Assembly (NCBI GenBank): GCA_035275265.1
Contig: DATENC010000025.1
Coordinates: forward strand, 10,230 to 74,229
Reading direction: 5' to 3'
From: Burkholderiales bacterium
Lineage (GTDB): Bacteria > Pseudomonadota > Gammaproteobacteria > Burkholderiales > JACQAP01
DNA: 64,000 nucleotides
Part shown: one piece after another, positions 56,486 through 64,000 of the stretch
Layout of the letters: each line of letters opens with the position of its first letter
Position numbering within the stretch: the stretch's first letter is position 1
The notes under the pieces: generated by a model
Told to the model about the DNA's origin: nothing
The model's database searches: none
What the model saw: only the letters and a program-made list of their open reading frames with translations
Program-made: the position numbers and the translations under genes

Positions 56486-57473
56486 GGGCAACCTCGACTT
56501 CGATTGCACGCGATTCGTGCTTTGAATCGTTCGACATTCCAATCGAGTTTGGCAGCCCGAGCACGAGTTTGGCGGGATTCAGCCCGATCGCGCGGTGCAG
56601 CCCGGCATAAGAAGTAGTGAGTCGCGGATTGACTTCGATCACCACCGGACCGTCAGGGGTCTCGATAAAATCCACGCCACAGTATCCCCACAGGCCGGGC
56701 AACGCGCGCGCGACCCGCGACGCGAGTTCGGCGTAACACCCCTCACGATCCGGCACCGCGTTGACACTCACCCCGTCGAACCGGAACGAGCCGCCCGCGA
56801 TCCGGACTTTCTGCCGATTGCAGGCGAGAAGCCGTGCGCGACCGTCACAGCAAAGCATAGACAGGCTTCTCGCCTCACCGTGTACAAAGGGCTGGAGTAT
56901 CCGATTCGGATCCGGATGGGCTTGCAGCCACTCGCGCAGTTCGGCACGATCGTAGAAAAGCCGCGTGTCCTGACACCCTGCCCCATCGTCGGGCTTCACT
57001 ACGCTCTCGTTTACTTCCGGTGGAACGCTGTTCTCGTCGGCAAAAACTGGAATCACGGGAATTCCGCCACGCCCAAGCACATCCGCCGTCGCACGCTTGC
57101 TCGCCGCGATCTCAACTGCGTCGGGGCGGCAACCGAGCAGCATGCGGCCGCAGTCGATCGCTTCCCGCGTGATGCGGGCGAGAATACGATCCTGCTCCGG
57201 CGCGATCGGCCACACCGCATCGACCTCACTTGCCACACGGCGGAACACCGGCCAGAATTCCTCCGACGTGCGCACCGTATGCATGGATGCCGGAAGGTCC
57301 CCGGCCAGCCTTGCATCTCGAAGGGCTGTAACTTCCATGCCGGGAATCGCCGTGAGATCATCCACCAGCGCGCGAAGCATCATCTCGCCTTCTGGCGCAA
57401 GCACCGCAACCTGCGGATCGTCCAGCATTCCGCCGCCGGTTATGTGCTCATAGACGAAAATCCGCATGTTCAA
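56475..57473 (-). CDS. ATP-grasp ligase (C1-cofactor biosynthesis, MfnD-like?)
   Basis: 332 aa with an ATP-grasp layout (VVKPDDGAGCQD ... GYCGVDFIETPDGPVVIEVNPR). Confidence 0.7.
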   Translation of the reverse strand: MNMRIFVYEHITGGGMLDDPQVAVLAPEGEMMLRALVDDLTAIPGMEVTALRDARLAGDLPASMHTVRTSEEFWPVFRRVASEVDAVWPIAPEQDRILARITREAIDCGRMLLGCRPDAVEIAASKRATADVLGRGGIPVIPVFADENSVPPEVNESVVKPDDGAGCQDTRLFYDRAELREWLQAHPDPNRILQPFVHGEARSLSMLCCDGRARLLACNRQKVRIAGGSFRFDGVSVNAVPDREGCYAELASRVARALPGLWGYCGVDFIETPDGPVVIEVNPRLTTSYAGLHRAIGLNPAKLVLGLPNSIGMSNDSKHESRAIEVEVAHAL

Positions 57474-57595
57474 GGCGAAACGCGCTCAATGCGAAGCCAC
57501 AAAGGGACGCAAGGAAAAGCCAACTCAGACAAGGGTCGAACCATGACCACTGCTATTGGTCCGCCAGTATCAAAATTGCTCCCGGAAACCCGATC

Positions 57596-58345
57596 TTGTC
57601 CGTGCCCTCTGTCGCCAATTTGCAAGTGATCCCGGTTGTAGACCTAAAGGGTGGAATGGTAGTCCATGCCCGTGAGGGTCGGCGCGCCGAGTATCGGCCC
57701 GTGCGGTCGTGCCTATGCGAAGGCGCAAACGCAGAAACGGTCGTGGATGCGCTGCTGCGGCTCCAGGCCTTTCGCGCGCTCTATATCGCCGATCTGGATG
57801 CTATCCAGCGCCTCGGCAGCAATCTCGATACCCTCCAGCGAATCCGCCGCCGGTTCCCGCATCTCGATCTCTGGGTGGACTCGGGAATTGCCGACGAACG
57901 CGGGCTCGATGCGTGGCTTCGCGACAACATCGGCCGGCCGGTAATCGGGAGCGAAACCCTTCTCGATGTCGAATTCATGTCGCTCGCCAGGGAACGCTGC
58001 GGAAATTTGTCCCCGATCCTTTCATTGGACTTCGTCGCCGAGGAGTTCAAGGGTCCGGCAGCGTTGCTCGCCGATCCGGCACGCTATTGGCCGGACCGTG
58101 TTCTCGCCATGAACCTCCGACGGGTCGGGAGCGATGCCGGACCGGACCTTACGCTGATAGCGAATTTGGTCGCAAAGTCGCCAGCATGCGAAGTGTACGC
58201 AGCGGGTGGCGTTAGGTCGGTCGAAGATCTCCAACGAGTGGCCGCAACAGGCGCCGCCGGTGCGTTGATCGCGACCGCGCTTCACGACGGCCGCCTCGGC
58301 CCCGCCGAGCTTTCGCAGTTCATGAGACCGATTCAGGAGCGTTGA
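57596..58345 (+). CDS. HisA/HisF-family TIM-barrel protein (H4MPT cluster-associated)
   Basis: VIPVVDLKGGMVVHA ... LYIADLDAI ... GGVRSVEDL. Confidence 0.7.
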   Translation: MSVPSVANLQVIPVVDLKGGMVVHAREGRRAEYRPVRSCLCEGANAETVVDALLRLQAFRALYIADLDAIQRLGSNLDTLQRIRRRFPHLDLWVDSGIADERGLDAWLRDNIGRPVIGSETLLDVEFMSLARERCGNLSPILSLDFVAEEFKGPAALLADPARYWPDRVLAMNLRRVGSDAGPDLTLIANLVAKSPACEVYAAGGVRSVEDLQRVAATGAAGALIATALHDGRLGPAELSQFMRPIQER

Positions 58346-58377
58346 CGCAAGACAACTCGCTGCAAAATGAAAGAAAA

Positions 58378-58403
58378 GCCCGCTCCGAGAAGACGGAGCG
58401 GGC
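58378..58403. terminator. bidirectional rho-independent terminator
   Basis: GCCCGCTCCG-agaaga-CGGAGCGGGC. On the minus strand it is followed by TTTTCTTTCATTTT (serving fae) and on the plus strand by CTGATTTGATTT. Confidence 0.75.
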
Positions 58404-58426
58404 CTGATTTGATTTCCTGCAATAAA

Positions 58427-58939
58427 TTACTTGTGGGCCTGGAAAGGGTGGTCCACGGATCCTTTCTTGGCTACCACGTCCTTGGCCTTTGGCTCGCCGT
58501 TGATCGCGCGCGCAATTGATTCCTTGGTGGCCTTGTAGTTGTAGTCCTGGATCTTCTTGTCGTCCGCCGCCTGCCAGTGGATGAACACACCGACGCAGAT
58601 GAACAGGTCGTCCGCTTCGGCCATCGGAATGACGCCTTCGGCGACGCTGTCCGCGACTGCCATTGCAACAGCGCGCTGCGCGGGACCGAACATCTGCACT
58701 GCCTGCTTGGCGCCTTTGATCGTGACCTTGTTGAACATCACGGTATTCGGCTTGGTTATGAGGTTCGGCGCCACCACCGCGAGCAGCGAGGTGAATCCAT
58801 CCTTGTTGTTTGTCAACGCGTTGCAGAATGCCGTTTCCACCGCGCTGCCGCGCGGCCCGATCAGCAAGTCGATGTGGGCAACTTCATTGCCCTCCCCGAC
58901 CAGCGACTCGCCCACACATACATGATTTATCTTCGCCAT
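58427..58939 (-). CDS. fae: formaldehyde-activating enzyme
   Basis: [32 protein letters not shown]...[12 protein letters not shown]...MFNKVTI, near-identical in pattern to known Fae. 170 aa. Confidence 0.95.
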   Translation of the reverse strand: MAKINHVCVGESLVGEGNEVAHIDLLIGPRGSAVETAFCNALTNNKDGFTSLLAVVAPNLITKPNTVMFNKVTIKGAKQAVQMFGPAQRAVAMAVADSVAEGVIPMAEADDLFICVGVFIHWQAADDKKIQDYNYKATKESIARAINGEPKAKDVVAKKGSVDHPFQAHK

Positions 58940-59011
58940 CTTGGTCCTCCTTCTCAGGTTTTTTGATGTTGATCGCTTAACACGGGCCGAAACCCGCCAC
59001 TTGTTGCGAGC

Positions 59012-59923
59012 TCATTCGCCGGCAGCGACTTCCGCGCTGCACTCCTGGAAACGCCTCTCCAGCGAATCCTCCAGATCCATCGCCACCAGGGTTGCCACCG
59101 TCAAGTCGGCGCTGGTGCCCGGGTTGATGGACTTTGCCTTAAGCTGGCGGTCGAACTCCTCCAGCGCCGGCATTTCCTGCGCCGGGTCGCTCGCACGCCC
59201 TAACGCTTGTACTAGCAAACCTGCCTCACGGCTCACCCCCGCCGCGATTTCCGCGCCGTGCTTGCGTGCGACGTGACTGTCGGGAAATCGCGAAAGGAAC
59301 TCCAGATACACAACCACCGCAGCCAACTCGTGACTGTCCCACTTTTCCCGCGACCTGCGCACCGAAGGAATGCCGGTATCGAAGACATCCCGGTAAACCG
59401 TCACGTATTGGCGGGCGACGCTATCGCGTTCGCGCGCTTCGCGCATGGCCTCGAGCAGGGTCACGCCGGGCGTCGCGGCGACGTCGTGGCATTCCACCTG
59501 CCCCAATCCGCCAGGTTCCGCGAGGCGTATGGCCTGGTACGCCAGCACGGCATCGTTCACGTCGAGCGTTGCGAGTACCGCTTGCAGCCGCGCACGCAAT
59601 CCGCTCTTGCCCGACGCCTCCACTACCGCATGTACAAGTGGCGCGCACAGCAGGACGATCCCGAGGTTGGTGTTGAACGGGACGATCTCGCGAGTGGCCT
59701 CGATCGCACGCAGAATGCGCCGGCCCACGCTTGCACCGGGCACGGCGATCACACCGGCCATTGCATCGGCGCTCGCGATGAAATCCCGGGCGCTCATCCC
59801 GTGCCCGGGCGAAGCGATGCTCACGTTGCCTGGCTTGAATGCCCGAATCTCAGTCAGGCACGCATTGCGGACAGCCGCAACAACCTCAATCGGATCAAGC
59901 GCAAATGTTTCCATTGCGCTCAT
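59012..59923 (-). CDS. triphosphoribosyl-dephospho-CoA synthase-like protein (CitG/MdcB family)
   Basis: KPGNVS... and NTNLGIVLL motifs of the CitG family. C1-cluster context. Confidence 0.8.
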   Translation of the reverse strand: MSAMETFALDPIEVVAAVRNACLTEIRAFKPGNVSIASPGHGMSARDFIASADAMAGVIAVPGASVGRRILRAIEATREIVPFNTNLGIVLLCAPLVHAVVEASGKSGLRARLQAVLATLDVNDAVLAYQAIRLAEPGGLGQVECHDVAATPGVTLLEAMREARERDSVARQYVTVYRDVFDTGIPSVRRSREKWDSHELAAVVVYLEFLSRFPDSHVARKHGAEIAAGVSREAGLLVQALGRASDPAQEMPALEEFDRQLKAKSINPGTSADLTVATLVAMDLEDSLERRFQECSAEVAAGE

Positions 59924-60885
59924 GCCACCGAGTGCAGCACCGGACGTTGCAGGTAACGATCGAGAAAATCATCTGCCAGCCGCTGTGCGATATTGATCCC
60001 GCTGACCGACTGCAATCCTTTCCATGCCGGGATGCCGTTGACTTCCACGACATACAAGCGTCCCTCGCGATCGCGGATCAGGTCCACGCCCGCGTAATCC
60101 ATTTCCAGCTCGGCAGCCGCGTGCTCAGCGAGAGAGCGCAGATCTTCGCGTTCGGCAAGGTCGGCAGGCACGCAAGTCGCGCCCTGCGACACATTGGTGA
60201 TCCAGTCCTTGCCGTGCCGGGTCATCGCCGCCACCGCCGTCCCGTCGATCACGAACACGCGCCAGTCGTGCCAGCCGGCGGCATCCGGCTCGATATAGCG
60301 CTGCAGGTAGTACACGCCGTCGTACTCCGCTGCCGGTGGCAAGCCGGCAAAAGAACTGACCCGTTTGAGTCCCGCACCCTGCGAACCGAACAAAGGCTTG
60401 ACGACGATTTCCCGACCCCCTGCGTTCTCCCTGGCGGCAATTTCACGCGCCTCGACTTCGGATTCGGTCACCCATGTGGCCGGAGTCGCGATGCCAGCGC
60501 GCGCCAGCACGAAGCTGGTCATGGACTTGTCCACCGTGCGCTCTATCGCCCGACCGTCGTTGTAGACCGGAACGCCGAGCAGCTTGAGCGCGTGCAAGAA
60601 GTCGAGACGCAGCACCACCTGTTCAAGCGTACCTCCCGCCACGCCGCGCACGAATACGCCATCAGGAAGCCGGCCCTCGAAACCCGGAATGACGACGCCG
60701 GGATTGACCGGATCGCGGACCTGCCGGTCGAGTTCGAAGCGGCAATCGCACAGCGATGCGAAGCTCACTTCCGCGCTGCGCGACTCAAACGCTTCGCGCA
60801 GCCGTGCGCCGTGCCAACCCGGATCATTGGTGAATATCACCACCCGGCACTTGTCGTCTCTTGCTCCTGTATTCACTTTCGTCAA
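59920..60885 (-). CDS. RimK-type ATP-grasp ligase (H4MPT:alpha-L-glutamate ligase-like)
   Basis: VVKPLFGSQGAGL ... GVDLIRDREGRLYVVEVNGIPAW. ATGA overlap with the downstream gene. Confidence 0.8.
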   Translation of the reverse strand: MTKVNTGARDDKCRVVIFTNDPGWHGARLREAFESRSAEVSFASLCDCRFELDRQVRDPVNPGVVIPGFEGRLPDGVFVRGVAGGTLEQVVLRLDFLHALKLLGVPVYNDGRAIERTVDKSMTSFVLARAGIATPATWVTESEVEAREIAARENAGGREIVVKPLFGSQGAGLKRVSSFAGLPPAAEYDGVYYLQRYIEPDAAGWHDWRVFVIDGTAVAAMTRHGKDWITNVSQGATCVPADLAEREDLRSLAEHAAAELEMDYAGVDLIRDREGRLYVVEVNGIPAWKGLQSVSGINIAQRLADDFLDRYLQRPVLHSVA

Positions 60886-60909
60886 ACGCTCGCCTTTCCA
60901 AGTACCTCT

Positions 60910-61923
60910 TTAGCCACCGAACGACAGTTCCAGAAGCTTCTCGTCTCGGGCACCGGCACTGAAAGTCCTGCCGCTCGTAAGTGCGGTTACCGATACCGCA
61001 GCCGGCGCAAACAGATTCGGATCGATGCGATAGAAGTCGTACTCCGCATCCTTGAATACCCAAGCGAACGGCTTTCCGTAATCCTTCGAAGCACTGGACG
61101 GCAGGTTCACGGCCAAGCGTTCGGCCTCGCGATCGTCGCAATCCACGAACAACTGCACCTGCCCGCCGAAAAGAATCGCATCGTTGGTGCGCCCCATCGC
61201 GGTGACAAAGTCCGCCGACGGCGGCGGCAGCGGCGCGGCACCGGCGCCGTCCACAACATGGTGCAGGGGAAAGCCGAACGTATGCGCCTTGTGCAGGGCC
61301 ACTTCCAGCACGCGCGCAACGATCTGCGTTGCGCCGGCGAGGCTGCGCGTCGGTGTCAGGATCAGCGTCACCTGTTCTGCGGCAACACCGCAGTGACGCG
61401 CGATCTTGTCGGTGAACTCCACCGGCGGCTTCTTGTCCACTTCGAGAACCAGGCAGACCGATTCGGCTAGATCACGGTAAGCCAGCTCTTGGAACAACGG
61501 CTCGCGCGCCGCTGCTGCCCGTCCTGGGCCGGACCCAAGTGCCTGGAATGCGCCCTTACCCTCGCCGTGCGACAGACTCCAGCCGGCGTACTGGCTTCCG
61601 AGGCAGGCGAGCACCGGACTGGAACTGTATACCGAAAGCTGCCATGGCCATCGCCCCGACCCTGATGTTTGCAGCGATACGCGCCCTAATCCAGCCATGC
61701 AAATCTCGGCAATGCGCCTGCCAGCCTCCAGACCTCCGGGATATCCGATGCCACCATCCACAACGACACAGCCGTTGGCTAGCCGTTCGATTCCGATCCG
61801 CAGGCTGGACGCATCGCCGATCAGCGCAGCTATCAGCGGCGCAGCAAGTGCGTTGACGCTCGGCCATTTGGCGGCTATCGTCTGCTGTATTGGATCGGCG
61901 GCGACGGTTCGCGGTTCGTTCAT
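60910..61923 (-). CDS. mch: methenyl-tetrahydromethanopterin cyclohydrolase
   Basis: [38 protein letters not shown]...[16 protein letters not shown] matches the Mch pattern. ATG 61923 overlaps the upstream gene's stop (ATGA). Confidence 0.9.
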   Translation of the reverse strand: MNEPRTVAADPIQQTIAAKWPSVNALAAPLIAALIGDASSLRIGIERLANGCVVVDGGIGYPGGLEAGRRIAEICMAGLGRVSLQTSGSGRWPWQLSVYSSSPVLACLGSQYAGWSLSHGEGKGAFQALGSGPGRAAAAREPLFQELAYRDLAESVCLVLEVDKKPPVEFTDKIARHCGVAAEQVTLILTPTRSLAGATQIVARVLEVALHKAHTFGFPLHHVVDGAGAAPLPPPSADFVTAMGRTNDAILFGGQVQLFVDCDDREAERLAVNLPSSASKDYGKPFAWVFKDAEYDFYRIDPNLFAPAAVSVTALTSGRTFSAGARDEKLLELSFGG

Positions 61924-63050
61924 GCCGCTCGCTCCAGAAGCGATTCTTCCATCCGGCTGCGACGCGCGAGCACCAGTTCGCGCGCGCCCGCGCTGGTAGC
62001 CGCCGCCGCATGCACGCTGCACACCGGCGCACCCATCGGTATAACGCTGCCGCTTTCAGGAAGATCGGTGCACCATTCTGGCCACTCGATCCTTACCGGC
62101 ACGCGCAGCGCGACCGCCGCGTAGACGATTGCGTGCGCGCGCGCAATATTCACCACTGGAATGTCCGGCAGTTCGCCGCGGCAGGCGCGCAGGTGCAGCG
62201 CGAGCATGCCGCCGCCGATGTCTACGTCGTACAGATCGATGGTCGCGGTCGGCCGCGGATTTATTTCGAGCACGGAAGGAGTTTCACCGGCGAGAATGAA
62301 ATCGAGACCGTTCAGCCCGACGAGGCCGAAAACCTGTACCAGGTCATCGAGCAGGCCGGCTATTCGCCGTTGTGTTTGCCGCGGTAGCGGCGGTTGGCTC
62401 ACGGCGCCGCCATAACAATAAGGCGCGCCGTGCGGTACGCCCGCAGTCCATTGTTCGTTGAAGCCGACCACCCGCGCATGGTGCCCGTCCGCCGCGAATA
62501 GTACGGAAAGCGTACGGCCCGGCTGGAATCTCTGGAAGTACCGCTGCGCATTTGCGCGATGCTGCTGGCGTGCCTTCCGGACATGCCTGCCCCCTGCACC
62601 GCCGTTGCGTTTCACCAGCCACCCTGCAACGTCTGCAGGCGGTTCGAGTCTGATATCCGGATGGGCGATGCCGAGCCTATCGAGTAGCGGGAAAAATCGC
62701 GCAGGATCCTTGAGCGCCGCAACGGTATCCGGCGGGTTGCCGAACAATGTCCGGCCGTTGCTCAGACGCTTGAGCAGCCTGGTGCGTCCTTCGAATCCCG
62801 AGCCATAGACCAGACCTGAGCAAGTTTCGGGAGGACAGAGTTCCTGCGCGGCAGCAATTAGTTGCCGCGAGTCGAACTTGCCGTTGGGGGCGGCGACACG
62901 CCGGCTTGCGACCGCAACTGCGCGCACGTCCAGATCGTTGAACAAGTCGAGCACCACTGCCCGCACTCCGGCTCGCGCCGCCGACTGCGCCAAGGCCCGT
63001 CCGGAGGCCGAGACCAGCAGCAGCGGCAAATTCTCAGGCAACGCCCGCAT
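61920..63050 (-). CDS. ATP-grasp protein (C1-cluster associated)
   Basis: 376 aa with an ATP-grasp C-terminal core ([26 protein letters not shown]). Confidence 0.7.
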   Translation of the reverse strand: MRALPENLPLLLVSASGRALAQSAARAGVRAVVLDLFNDLDVRAVAVASRRVAAPNGKFDSRQLIAAAQELCPPETCSGLVYGSGFEGRTRLLKRLSNGRTLFGNPPDTVAALKDPARFFPLLDRLGIAHPDIRLEPPADVAGWLVKRNGGAGGRHVRKARQQHRANAQRYFQRFQPGRTLSVLFAADGHHARVVGFNEQWTAGVPHGAPYCYGGAVSQPPLPRQTQRRIAGLLDDLVQVFGLVGLNGLDFILAGETPSVLEINPRPTATIDLYDVDIGGGMLALHLRACRGELPDIPVVNIARAHAIVYAAVALRVPVRIEWPEWCTDLPESGSVIPMGAPVCSVHAAAATSAGARELVLARRSRMEESLLERAA

Positions 63051-63942
63051 GCTTGCGCGCCTCCGTAAATGCGTCCCGCATGTCCAGGTACATGGGCTTC
63101 TCCGCCTTGAGCATCATCTCGAGCAATCCGCGCTGCGTCTGGTACTTGATGTTGCCGACGGCAAGCGCGCCGATGCCTACCGCCTTCCCAGATCCAGCCG
63201 TCAGAGGCACGCCGTCGTCCATCGGCCCAACGCCCTCGATCCCGGAAGGCGGAACCGCGTTCACGTCTGAAACCACCAGCAGGCGCGACGCGGCGGCGAG
63301 CAGCACCTCGCTGACGACGCGATGGCCCGCCCGTGCAGTGGCGAGCACGATATCGGCCCGCTTGATCATCGCGAGCTTCGCCGTTTTCGTGTCTGCCTTA
63401 ACCGGCTCGACATGGGTACCGTAGCGCCTGTTGCAATCCTGTGCGGTAAGGCGCGCCCGCGAAGATTTGTCGCGGCCGACAATGCCAACCTTTGCGCCGG
63501 CCTGCGACGCGAGCACCGCGGCCGTTGCGCCGACCGGCCCACTGCCGCCGAAGATCATCACCGTCTTTCCGTTCAGATCTGTTGCGTGCACCTTTTTCAG
63601 GTGCTTCTCTACCGCCGCCACCGTCGCCGCCGCGGTGGTGAACGCCCCGCTGGGATCAGCGAACACCGATACCTCGAACGGCGGCACCATCGCCTTCCTT
63701 GCGGCGTCGAGCATGTCCGCGGCAAGGCCGTTATCGCGGCCGCCGATGAAAATTCCCGTGCGCTTCGCGCCTTTGGGGCCGCGCGAAAAAATGGTGTCCT
63801 GCGTCAGCGCGGCTACCTGCTCCAGTTCGACATGCGTGTACGGCACCACGCCGTCATAACCGGCGTCGTACGCCATATTGATGTCGAACGGACTCGCCTG
63901 CGCTGTAGGCGTGAACAAGTGCAGGATGTACGGTTTTTCCAT
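63034..63942 (-). CDS. mtdB: NAD(P)-dependent methylene-tetrahydromethanopterin dehydrogenase (MtdB type)
   Basis: MEKPYILHLFTPTAQASPFDINMAYDAGYD ... IFIGGRD ... GGSGPVG. Trimmed to ATG 63942. Confidence 0.8.
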   Translation of the reverse strand: MEKPYILHLFTPTAQASPFDINMAYDAGYDGVVPYTHVELEQVAALTQDTIFSRGPKGAKRTGIFIGGRDNGLAADMLDAARKAMVPPFEVSVFADPSGAFTTAAATVAAVEKHLKKVHATDLNGKTVMIFGGSGPVGATAAVLASQAGAKVGIVGRDKSSRARLTAQDCNRRYGTHVEPVKADTKTAKLAMIKRADIVLATARAGHRVVSEVLLAAASRLLVVSDVNAVPPSGIEGVGPMDDGVPLTAGSGKAVGIGALAVGNIKYQTQRGLLEMMLKAEKPMYLDMRDAFTEARKHAGVA

Positions 63943-64000
63943 TTCTATTTCTACTCCAAGAGAAACTCTTACCACCGCGGACGCGTAGGAAAAGAAAAAA

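Overview
This is a gene-dense, high-GC (roughly 60% or more) proteobacterial chromosomal window. I saw no rRNA, tRNA or CRISPR. All family calls come from reading motifs by eye; no searches were run.

The window falls into five blocks:
1. 1-16.4 kb: an exopolysaccharide locus of two convergent operons. The plus strand carries glycosyltransferases, an acetyltransferase, a Wzy-like polymerase, two kinase-like proteins and a secreted beta-helix protein. The minus strand carries a priming sugar transferase plus an EpsE/EpsF/EpsG-type exporter, chain-length determinant and tyrosine kinase.
2. 16.4-17.3 kb: a decayed junction holding a LysR C-terminal remnant and an rve-type transposase remnant.
3. 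17.3-24.2 kb: two small metabolic genes and a sensor kinase / lipoprotein / sigma54 response regulator module resembling QseE-QseG-QseF (GlrK/GlrR). A near-consensus -24/-12 promoter, one ORF and a terminator follow it directly.
4. 24.3-39.4 kb: a catabolic patch (gcdH, SDR, two-subunit Mo-hydroxylase plus XdhC, acyl-CoA and aldehyde dehydrogenases, thioesterase, extradiol dioxygenase, MaoC) plus gnd-like/gntK, an aldolase and a DapA-like gene.
5. 39.5-64 kb: a C1 island.
   - xoxF-xoxG-xoxJ is followed by a translationally coupled trio of protease, small Cys protein and SoxYZ fusion.
   - An EBP-family regulator here has a degenerate GAFTGA loop.
   - H4MPT/methylofuran genes are present (fae, mch, mtdB-type, three ATP-grasp ligases, mfnB-like and others).

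The most notable hidden structure is at 51.9-54.8 kb. A lower-GC insert sits between two C1 genes and is punctuated by at least four attC-like imperfect palindromes (RYYYAAC...GTTRRRY). These tightly bracket short minus-strand ORFs. I read this as an integron-type gene-cassette array with no integrase in the window (CALIN-like).
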